From Gordius albopunctatus (lineage: Eukaryota), in the NCBI GenBank assembly GCA_964276515.1, contig OZ193909.1:2046001-2110000 (forward strand): a stretch of DNA of 64,000 bases, written 5' to 3'. Positions 50,501-62,500 of the stretch are shown piece by piece. Under the pieces are notes generated by a model, which searched no databases, was not told the origin of the DNA, and saw only the letters and a list, made by a program, of their open reading frames with translations. Position 1 is the first letter of the stretch, and each line of letters opens with the position of its first letter. A program made the position numbers and the translations under genes.

Positions 50501-53500
50501 TAAATTAAGTTCATTTAGAGGGGGGGGGGCAAAAGAAAAATTTTTTAATTTTTTTGCATTGAAAAATTTTTTCCTCTTAAATTAAGTTCATTTAGAGGGG
50601 GGGGGGGCAAAAGATAAATTTTTTAATTTTTTTGCATTGAAAAATTTTTTCCTCTTAAATTAAGTTCATTTAGAGGGGGGGGGCAAAAGATAAATTTTTT
50701 AATTTTTTTGCATTGAAAAATTTTTTCCTCTTAAATTAAGTTCATTTAGAGGGGGGGGGCAAAAGATAAATTTTTCAATGTTTTTGCATCGAAAAATTTT
50801 TTTCCCGTAAATTAGGGGACCCAGCCGTTTTTACAACACTAGTTCACACCACTTACTATAGATTGTGACTTTTTATATATTTACAATTTATACCATAACG
50901 CACCCCTGGGCTAAAATATTTCTATTAACTCACTCCAATTTATTACTATAGTTTCTAAGAAGAGAGGATCAATCAAAGTCCGCCTTTTATATTTATCTCA
51001 TTAAAATTCCTTTTTTTATGCATTCATAAACATTTTTTGGCCCATCATATACAATATATATCGTTGGAATATTTTATTTGGATCTCATACTTTTCGATTG
51101 TGCCACCCCGATTTTCGGAAATAGACGCATTATCATTTTCCCATGACTACTCTATACTTCTACTAAATTGCCTAGAGGCACTTCTGTGCAAAATGTAATA
51201 TAGGCAAGGGTTAGCGTTAGATTTAGTGATTTATTTGATAATATGTATTTATTTATAAAATAGTATTATACATTTTGATATAACTTATTTCGTTTAACAA
51301 TTATAGTATCCTTTTATTACCTAGTTTTTTAGTACATATTACATCATGCGTATGAATATGCGTGAAAACCGGTCTCAATTTCTAAAATGCGAATATTACA
51401 TTTTGCACATATTACATTTTGCACCAGATTCGCCTAGAGGCATATAAACGTCCTTACTTTATGATAGTAGTCCTAATGATTACTGCTTTTATAAGCATAC
51501 ATTTATTTCCTATACCGTATTTCTTCCCTTTTTAATTTAATTTATTAATAAGAAAAATGAAATAAATAAGAAAGTTAGGTATTAAAAATTCGCGATTATC
51601 ATGGGTTAGCGAATAAATTTGTATTCCTATTTTTAAATTAATTTTTACGGCTTAAGGGCCAAAGGTTATGAGAAAAAGTGTAGTATTGCTAAGTTCCGAG
51701 TATTTAAATTTTTTTATTATCTTTGTTTTGATTAGATGGGGCCAATAGGTCGGTACTAGACTATCCCCCCCCTTAAGTTAAGCATAAAATGCAAAGTTTC
51801 GAACTTATTTTTTAGAATGATGATTTTTATAAAAATCGCTTTGAGAAAATGAAAAATATGTGGCAAATATTTGCCCCCCTCCCGCTATTTTAAACCTGGC
51901 CACGCCCATGATAAAATGTACTGTAATTTAGTTGTTTTTTATACGCTTAGTATTACTTTTATACGAGCCTTTGAGAATCTGCATTCGATTCTTTTTATTA
52001 CCTAGGTGTTAATATTTATTGAAGGACATAGAGTTGTTATATTGCTAACTTTCTTCAACTCCAGCTACCATATGCTCGAGTTTCTGCTCGGCCCTCGAGC
52101 ATTTTTATATGCTACTGCTCTGCCTAGTGCACCAAAAGCGAGCACATATTGTCCTAACGCGCATATTAAGCAACTCAGTGTGCGTGCTCGCGTCTGGAGT
52201 TTGAAGAAAGTTAGCAATTTAACAACTCTAGAAGGACTGTCTGTCTGTTATAACTAAGATTTTGAACAAAAAATTGACGTGACGGAGTTTAGTTAGCCTT
52301 TCATTTGTTATATGTTATATCTATAAATCATGGAGATATATATCAAGAAAGAGTTGACAAATCCGGACAATATTTTTTTAAAAGTCCCTTTTTTACGGAA
52401 AAAAAGGAAGCCAATTAATTCGCAAACATAATATAATTAGTTCATAATGTAATCTTAAGCTTTGATAAAAACTAGATATGATAATATATCAAAAGGTCTT
52501 TAAGTTGCGCATGATCAATTCGACCGTAGGCTTTAATGGTTTAAGAAATATAAAGTTAAATTAAACAAGCCTTTAATGTTTGTTGCTAAAATTAAATTAT
52601 CAAATTTAAATATTGTTTTTTGACTATTTTTGCCTTGAAATTTATCTTACTAAATATTTTACATTTTTTTTGATTAAAGGTTATCGGGCGGAAATATAGA
52701 GGAGAAAGTTAAGCTATTCAGAAGTCTACTCTTAGAATCCGGTGCCGAAAGTTCGAGAAAACTTAAAGAAAAACACAGGAGAAAGAGAAGTGCCAGCAAA
52801 AGACACAAGTTTCATATATATATATATACATATTACAAAATTGTTTATTATTTTTAATTTTGTCCCTAAATTAAAAAATTTTTTTATTTTGCCCTTTTTG
52901 GATTTTTTTGAATGATAAATAATTATTTTACGTTGAAATTTTATCGATAGGCACAAGCAAGGAAAACTCAAAGCTTCGCGAAGGATGCCCGAAAGCATTG
53001 AAAAAGCCAGGCTAAAAATTGAAGCTAAAAAAAAGAAAAAGGGCAATAAACACCACAAAATCATTTTGAACTCTACTAGTCACGTTAACGGCAATTCAGC
53101 CTTTGATTATCCGTTTGACACTACTTATTTTTACAAACTTTTTTTCGTGTTTTTTTCTTTCAAATGATATTTTCCTTTAATTTTACCGTTTTTTAAATGC
53201 GATTCTATGTTTTTCAAACTTTATAAAGGGACGGGAAAAAAATGAGAGAGATGAATGGGAAAACTAGGACGACTGCATTTCACACCCTTGAAAATGTCAA
53301 AAAGTATGCGCTTTTTTCGAAACTCAAATCGCCCATTTATTGATGATTTTCAATAATCTTACCCATTTACTAATCAATATTTATAAAACTGATCAAAATA
53401 TTTGATAGGTTACGAGGTAACTCTATACGATTTTATCATTAATATAAAATCTTACTTATTATAGACGTCAAATGCTTGTTAAAAATATCTTTTTGCGGTT

Positions 53501-56500
53501 ATATGAACCCTAGCCGTGCCAGAATATTTTTTATATTAAATTTAAGGGTATTATCGGACAATGTAGTTTGAAAATGGCTATTTAAAAGAAATTTTCTATT
53601 TTTGTACATGTTTTATAATGATTTAAATTCAAGCGCAATTTTTAAGCAAAATAAACATTATTGCGAAAGAATAAAGGTTGAATACGATTAGTTTCCCTTA
53701 ATTTTTCCTAAATCCTCTAATTTTATAAGATTTACATTTTTTACCTAAATGACAAATGTGGTTTTATTGATAGGAGACCCCACGAATCGGGTTCGGAAAC
53801 TAGCGTTGTTTCTAATAATGTTGAAAATTTGGAAGGAAATACATCTTCAAGCGACTCTGACGATGCTGATGAAATCCTGAATAAAAAATGGGCTCAAAAA
53901 CAATCGATTAAAAAGTTTTTAGCAATTACTCTCTTTATTTCAAGCCTCTTATTTGAAGTAGTTTAAGCTGTACGAAGCTCGCGTAGATTGCTAGACCTCA
54001 GAGTTTTTCTTAAATAATTATTTATGAAAAATTTAATCATTTATCTGCATTTTTTAAATTTAAAAAGCTTTAATTTTATCTTTAGCATAATCATTTTTTG
54101 TGATTTTATAATAACAGGGCCTTCCCTTCAAGTATTTTTTCAATGATTTTGTATTATTTATTTCGCAAAGGTGATATTTTTTATGAATTTAACAGGTGAT
54201 ACCGGTAAAGCTAAATGGTTATAAAGAGATTGTTGACTTAAAACAAATATCCTCTTTTTATATGCAGTTTTGTAACGATCAGACGCAACTGAATAGTAGA
54301 TAAATCTTGTCGGTTCTTAATGGAGCTTTAAATCATTATATAAATTTATTTTTATAAGCTAAGATAATAAAATTAATGTTAGGCGGGGTTTTGTTCAGTC
54401 GACCTTTGGTTTTAGTTGATTAAACCTAAACGGACCAAGGGTTTTTGGGCTGTTTAGTCTCGGTTAAACCAAAGTTAGGCCAAACAAAACTCAGAGCGGG
54501 GATAAAAAAAATTAATTTCTCTACTTGAATGTAGAGCTGCTAAAGAGGTCTAGTAAGTAGTCTGTCTACCCAAGCTTCTTACACGTTAATAGCTACGGTG
54601 AGAAAGCATTTGTGCGAGTAAAAGTGCTTACATGTCTTGTTTACTTCACCTTTAGGGTTGATGTCTGTTGATCTAGGTAAATCGATGTTCGGGCTTATTT
54701 TTCAGGTATTTTCCTTGGGCGCTCTCTTTAAAACCCAGTCTCTTCATACTTTAAATGACAACACTCTACCTATAGCGAAATTTGTCAAAAGGTCATATGA
54801 AATATTTTTATGTCAAATGACTCCTACAAATATATCTAACTTTAATATGGTCAAAGTGAACACGTATAAGGTTTGTTACACTCCTACCTTAAACTCACTA
54901 AGAAAATCAGTATGGAAATTGTACAATCCAATATAATTTAGATCCATGGCTCCATGTATTTTTACAATGACGTAAAAAGGCATAGAAAAAGGATGGGTAA
55001 ATATGTGTAAAATATTAAGCATCACACAATGTAGCAATTAAAAATGATCCCATTATTGGAGTATTAAATCTATAAGAAATTTTTTGACTATTTTATATAA
55101 AGCAGAAAGAGACAGGGCCCTAAAAACACTAGCTACGCATTTTAATAAAATGTAGAACGAGTTATTATTTCTAACCGAATCGCTTAAACAACTAACACCA
55201 TAACAGAAACCACATTTTTTATATAGGAATTGTACATATATATTTGTATGCATATATACGTGTATATTATCCATTATTGCTACCCTAACGCTCACGGATT
55301 ATTGCGCAATAGTAATGCATTCAACCTTTAACCAGCCATCATAATATATGTTTTAAAATATATAGAATCATTGTATGTAAGCTAAACGCGTTTTCTTTTT
55401 TTACTTTACACAGACACCTCAAAGCTATGCATAAGTTTGAAAAGAAGAAAAAGAATAAGTACATTGATCATCATTACATTTATGTTATTGTCCTTGTCTT
55501 AAAATTATATATATATCAATGTTTTATTCGTGTAAATTTTGAATTTTTATAGGAGAGGTAAACAAAAGTAAGACGATCGCTAATGTATTATATGTGTGTT
55601 TTTCGTAGCAATAATAAATATATTTGAGAATATTATATTAATTCCCCCTTAAAACTTAGAGTGAAAGAAAAGAAAAACAAGCGATCCAAGCATAAACGTT
55701 TAAAAGCGCTTTTAAAAGAATTGCAAGAAACGGCTCTCCTTTCTTCTAGCGATGAAGAACAAAGTTCAGTCAGCGAAGAAAGTTCCAATAGTTCTGATGA
55801 CAATTATCGGGATAAACATAAAGCTAAGAGGTTAAATTAATTATGATTTCACTTTTTCTTGACTAATTGCTTAAATTTTCCCTTAGGTGATTATTTAGCT
55901 AATTGATTAAATTTAGCAGGCATGCATTTGTATTTAAATAAATGAAATTTCGACATGATCTTACAAAGATTTTATTATATTTGACCTTTAAACTAACTTC
56001 ATCGAGGCAAAATGATTGTATATATTTAGACTAAAGATATGTAAAATTGATATAGTCAACCGAAAAGCTTATAAAATTGGTTTGATAACGTATATATATT
56101 AAATTGGTATGAGCTTACTGATTTCCTGAACGATTGAAATTGTAGCTTAATTTTGAGTTATAAAAAATATAAAGAATAAGCGTAGGATTCGAATATAAAT
56201 AGTTAAAATCGTCTGCGTATAAATCACGTGACTTTTTATTGTGCGAAAAGGAAGAGGTAAACACTTAATAAACAGTCTATATTACAAATATTTTAAATTA
56301 TTTTATTTTTATAATTGGTTATTTTCAATCAGTACTATATATACCTACTTAACTACTATTAATTAATCAAATAATAAGTTTTTTTATAATTATTTGCAGG
56401 GTTAAACGTAAAGAAATGAACAAAAGTGAATTGACGAATGGGCACGATAGCAAGCATCGAATTAGAGAGGAGGAAAAATTATCGAAGAAATCTAAGAGAT

Positions 56501-59500
56501 CAAGTGAAATGGTGGATCACGCCCTTTTAGCCCGATATCTATTAGATCAGAGTGAAGCAAAACGGCGATCTAACAAGGCGAGCAAGCGACGCTCTAGCTT
56601 CGATTTAAAGGGCACAGAACAGGACTTGCTTTTGCGGTTTATGCAAGCGCAAAATATGGGAAAGGATTCGCTGAATGATTTACACCAAATCGAACCGATT
56701 ACTATTTCGAACGAAAAAATGACGGTTAAAGAGATCGTTAACGACCGGCCTAAGTGTGGGCAAGGTGTAGAAGCTAAAACGAGTGAGCCCATTGTCGAAG
56801 AAGTGATTAGCCTCAATGGTAACGCGACGACTAAAGTAGTAGATGCCATTAATGGCGAAAGCGAGATTGAATCCTTTAAGGATGTTCCTGCCCCTAAGCA
56901 GCAAACACGGGTGCCAGTTAAAGAATCGAAAAATTTAGCGCATTTATATCCTACCAACCACGTTGTAGATGTGATAATGGATGTGGATGATAAATCTGAC
57001 ACTAACCTCGATCGGGATAAGACGAATGAAAGGTGTAGTGAATTAAAAGATCTCGATACTAATATATCACAGCTCGAGGCTAAGCACGTAGAACAGCCTA
57101 CACCAATGGCTGAGGAACAGTCGTCCCTGCTGATTGAAAGCGGCGCAAAATATGATAAGCCGACCAGGCATTACCGCGTTAGACCGGAAATATTGACAGA
57201 GGAAATAGTTGACGCTGAACCTTCGGAAAATATGGTTATTCAACCTTCGTCTCAAGTTAAGGATGGTCACGCCTCTAATCGACACCACAAGAAGCGTGAA
57301 AAACAACGTGAAAATTCGAAATCCTCGGGCCACAGGAAAGCTCCAAAAGCGGAAAAAAGCCGTAAAAGAAAAGCCAAAGACAGGTCAGAGCCTGCCGGTG
57401 ATTTAATTGAAAATTCCCTTACTACATCAAAAATGCAGCAGCGTGATGAAATAGAGACTCCCGATATATTGCCCGATTCAAAGGGGAAAAAGTTAAAAGA
57501 CAAGAAATCTGCTACTCCAATCAAGAATTCTAACTATTCCGAGGAGCAGCGCGCGGGAGCGTTGGAAAAAAAGCTGCCGCTCGACGCCCCAGACCTTACG
57601 AGCGTTGTCGCAGACGTAATAGAAACGCAAGCGACGAGCGATAGTTTATACGAAAAGGATGATGACATTTCTGCCGCTGAACCGCCCTATAGCGTCGACT
57701 CCCTCACCGCCATGATAGAATTTCAGCGTAGCCTAACCGATCCCCGACCGATCAAAGCAGCTAAGCGTGGGTTGGCGGCTAAGCCTCACCCCCCGGCGCC
57801 CGGTCCAGCCGAAGTGAAGGAGCAAATTTTGAAGCACTTGGGGGTTGTAGGGGGGAGCGGGGCCCAACGCTCAGCCGTTCTCGAGCGAGAGCTGGAACGA
57901 CTGAAGCGGGTCGAGGAGATAAGCGCTAAACGCGATCGCGAAATTGCTGAGCGCGAGCGTCGCCACGCCCGTGAGCGTCGTCACGCTGAGCAAAGGCGTA
58001 GTCGAAGAACGCCCTCTCGCGGCACCCCTCGAAGGCGTCGACGGTCCAGGGGGAGGGGTAGGAGTCGGTCTTCTACTTCTTCATCGTCAGCTACCGCGTC
58101 GTCTGCTGCTAGGTCGAGGTCTGCTTCGTCGTCATCGCGCTCCTCATCTTCGGATTTTAGGGATGGCGGTGATGTCGCGCGTCCCCTCACGTCACCGCCC
58201 CCATCCTCACCCCCACAACATCTTGATGACGTTAGCGCTAGCCACCCTAAAGGTTTCGAAAAGGGGAACATCGATAAAAATTATCAACGCGAAAGCGCGA
58301 AGGGAATTGTTAAAAGTGAGTTATGGGCTTTGCCTAGATGCAATGTAACATTTTAAATATCAGAACAGAAACCTTCTAAAAATTATAGATAAAAGATATA
58401 ATTCGAAATTTATAAATTAAGTAAAATAACGTTTTATTGATCCGTGAGTATTATTGTAGGTGGTCGTTATTATGGCGCTTCTTCCAATAGTGAATGAAAG
58501 TTTTAATTGACACCTCTATAAAAAAGAAAAGAAAGGCTATAAGGCCATAAAATCATGGATAAAGTAAAAGTTTGTAGTTATGTAATGTTATTAACAAATA
58601 AAAAAAAATGAGAAAAGTTTTAAAGTTCCAAAAATGTTTCGTTGCTTTACTATAGTTAGCTATTTAGCCCAGATCCCTTATTGGAAAGAGTGTAATTGTG
58701 TTACTATTCATACATTTAACAAACATAAACTTAAACACGATATTGGAATGGCAATGTTGGTTCACTCAATATGATAGATAAAATTATCTTACTTTGTTGA
58801 ATATATATTATAATCGAAGGATTTCAAATTTTATAACTTATAATTCTAGGTTCACAAAAAAGGGTTATGAATTCGGGCAAGGATATAATTGACGAACGTT
58901 ATTACGATGAAGAGTCGCTTGATCAAACTATGGAATTACAGGTGGAATCAACTATTCAAAATGGCGACTCGAAAATTGAAGATGAACGCCTCGGGTCACG
59001 TAGCTCACCTGTAATTGCCAAACGTTTGGAATCACGTGACACTTGCGGAGCTAATAAGCATATTGAGTCACGTGACTCGTTTAGAAATGCCAAGCGATCT
59101 GAGTCACCCCACTCATCTACAATTTATGAGCAGCGTAAGTCACTTGACTCTGGTAAAATAATCGAAAACCAGGAATCACGTGGTTCGCGTAGAATTATCG
59201 CCCAAGAGTCAGGTGAATCGTCTATGGTTATTGGGCAAACGGAATCGCATGACACCTCAAAAACATCTGAACAGCCTATGTCACATGGCGATCTTGAAAT
59301 TAAGCACCTTGAGTCACGTGATTACATGATTCGGGAAAGATCGAGACCACGTGGCACACCTAGAATCGACAACTCGCCCGCAATTATCGAACAAAACGAG
59401 TCACGTGAGGTGTCGGGGGGAAATGGGGAAAAGGTAGAGGGAGAATCACGAAACGACGAGGTGATTATAATTCAAGATGGCGACGATAAGGGGGAACGAT

Positions 59501-62500
59501 CGAGGTCACTGGATCGACTGGATGTCGGAGAACCAAATGGCGAAGTGGAAGTGATCGAACAACTTGGTTTGAACATGAACGATGAAAAGGAATCTACTCT
59601 CGTTGAGACGAATCATAATGATTTAGTAAGGTAAGAGTAGAACCCGGCAAAATATAATTTATTCGGCCCGAACCCGGCTTCGGACGCCCCGTGCAGGGCT
59701 CTAGGCTAGAGGTATTTGCAAAACTATAGTATGGTCAGTTTGTCGCCCTCCCCCACAAATTATGCTTAATAATATCATACTACATTTATTGGTGACGTCT
59801 TTCTGCGATCGAGGCTGGATGTCACGATATATATAACTTTTCGCCTTAATAATAAGAATCGGATAAAATTTAAGTTTTGTGGGTCAAAATCATTTTTGTA
59901 AAATTTTGGACAAGGTTTTGACTCTTTTTTAATCCAAAACGTCTTTGACAAATTGATTAAAAATTGATTATAAAGTAATGGCATAGCTTATTTTTGAAGT
60001 TTAAATATTCTGGCATAAAGGTTTAACAATTTTTTATTGTAAATCCTTAATTCCTGTTAACCTCATTGCTTTCTGGGCCACCTTAACCATTCATTATGCC
60101 ATTTGAAAACCTAATTAAGAGATTATATCAAAGTCATTTTTTATTTATGAACATATAAATACAGGAACAACTTGTTCAAAAAATTACATATATATATATA
60201 TATAAGATTTCAATGAATTGTTATTCATTGCATTCACCATTTTTTGTTATGTTCAGCTTTCACTTCAAACCCTTGATTTTGGCTAAAACCTCGCCAAAAT
60301 CTAACGCTCAAAACGGTGTCGTGAATGGGCTCTCAACATATAAATCTTCGACTAAAATGCAAGAACGAGATAAGGTTTTTTTGGATACCAGTTCTTCGTC
60401 TTCGGATCAAGATTCCGACTCGGCTCCTGGTTGGATTTTTATTAAAATTAATGTTCTTTAAACAAATTTTAGCTAGCATAGATCCTACAATTTTATAGAA
60501 AAATTTTTTTAGCAGACCTTTAGCATTTTATTAAAGTGTTGGGGTTTTAATCTTAGAATAAGAAAAACGTCAATTGTAAAATTTATAAATATTTGTAGAT
60601 TCTTTAATTGATTAATACGACTAGGGGAACCACCCACTTTCTCAGTAAATGGATTTAAAAAGGTTTACTCGTATATGTTAATTACTCCCTTAATAATTTT
60701 ACGATACAACAACAATAATGTTACATATGAAATTGTATCTGTCCCAAGGAGTGTTATAACTTATAACTAAGCATTGGAAAAAAAGCTTAAAAGGTTGAGC
60801 AAGGATATCAGAATTCTGTAGGTCTCCATTATAGACCGACGTGAGGACAAGACACGGCAGACGCGAAATTTTTTTGTCGAAATGAGTCTATAAATTGAAT
60901 AGCTATAACCAAAGGACAGCATGGGCATAGCCAGGATTGAAACTAGAGTAGAGGGGTATATAATAATGATTTAGGGAAGGGAAAAATTAAATTTTTGCAA
61001 TTTAAGCTATAATTATTGTAAATTTTTTAACATTTCTGGATTTAGGCGGGGGGGGGCAATCGCCCCTCCCTGGCTATGCCCATGAAGGACGGTATATTTT
61101 TTACGAATTTTAGGGGTAAATTATTGGTTCGTAAAATGCTTTTCTATGATTTGGCAGAAGCCAAGACGTCTTCTAAAGGGAAGCGACGATCTACCGAAAA
61201 AAACGGCACCAAAGCCAAAGTTCATGCAAGGGGTGGCACGAAAGAAGGAAATAAATCTGAATCACATTCCAAAAAGTAGTTGACCCACCCTTTTACCGGC
61301 TGCGGCCCAATTAATATGTTAAATGAAGGTCATCAACACAACATGTGTATGTATCTTTAAGAAACTTTTTAAAGACATCTTAAAAGTTAATGAAAATAAC
61401 TCAGTTCAAATTTTTTTCCAAATGACTTTTTCCCTCTTTCGTTGACTATTCTGAAAACTAGGTTTAACTAGCGATTGAATGATATAACCAAATTAAATTT
61501 TTAGTTGACAAAATTGTGGCAGTTAAAAACATGAGATCAGACGAATACCCTTATCATTCGCATTAATACTATGTGACATGGGCCTAGCCATTATTGGGAT
61601 CAGAGGGGGGCAATATTAATTTAGGGAAGGGCAAAATGATTATTTTTTAAAATTTTAGAGATAATTTTAATAAATTTAAAAAAAATTGGATTTAGAGGGG
61701 GCAGCCCCCCCCCCCTCATCCCGTTTCATAACTAATCTTAGTTTTATTATTTGTCGGCCTAATTTTATGTTTGAAAACCACTTTTAGACGAAATGAGTTA
61801 GTGTTTGAAAATTTCTATTTTGTGCAGAAATGCTCAAATGTCCAATTCCGATAGCGATTGTTCGCTAGCACACGAGGCACTGGAGGCTTTAGATAATGTG
61901 GGTAAAGGCAAAGCTTTGCCCCAAAGTTACACCCTAAAATCTTCCTCAAGATCTCGGAGTAGGAGTCGGAGCAGTTCCAAGTAATGTTATAAATTAATGA
62001 AATACACAAAATTAGCTTATATATTAAATAGTTTATACTTTTATGACTGATATTAAAACAAAATCGTGCTATAAGATATTTTTGGTTGTTTTCTGATTGA
62101 TTTCACCTTACAACATAGATATGTTAATTTTTAACCGAGGAAGTAAATGGTTTCATAATTACGCGAAAATATTGAATTAATTAAAGTACTAGGCGTTATG
62201 AACCCATAAACCGATGATCATTCCATTGTATAAGTAAGTTGGGTTTATTGATAGTTTTCTATTATTTTGGTCCAAATGGGCCCATTATCAAGGGGAAAAG
62301 GATGTTTTTAATCGTATAATAATCAGTGAATTGATAAGATAACAAGAAGAACGCACTTAGTAAGGGGCAAATATCATAGTTTGTAAAAAGCAACTTTCTT
62401 ATTTTCAGATTTATATAAACTTAAATAAATAGACAATCGCACGGGGGTCGTCGTGGACGTTCTTCTAGCCGGAGTAAATCTAGAAGTTACTACTCCTCTT

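Noticed and set aside
48337..50812. CRISPR or telomeric array
   Set aside because: No variable spacers and not a telomeric motif; the unit derives from a MITE interior.
56547..58348. Antisense and alternative-frame ORFs over the large SRRM exon (also those over the RTE copies and 6161-6457)
   Set aside because: Shadow ORFs of GC-richer coding sequence with no independent motifs.
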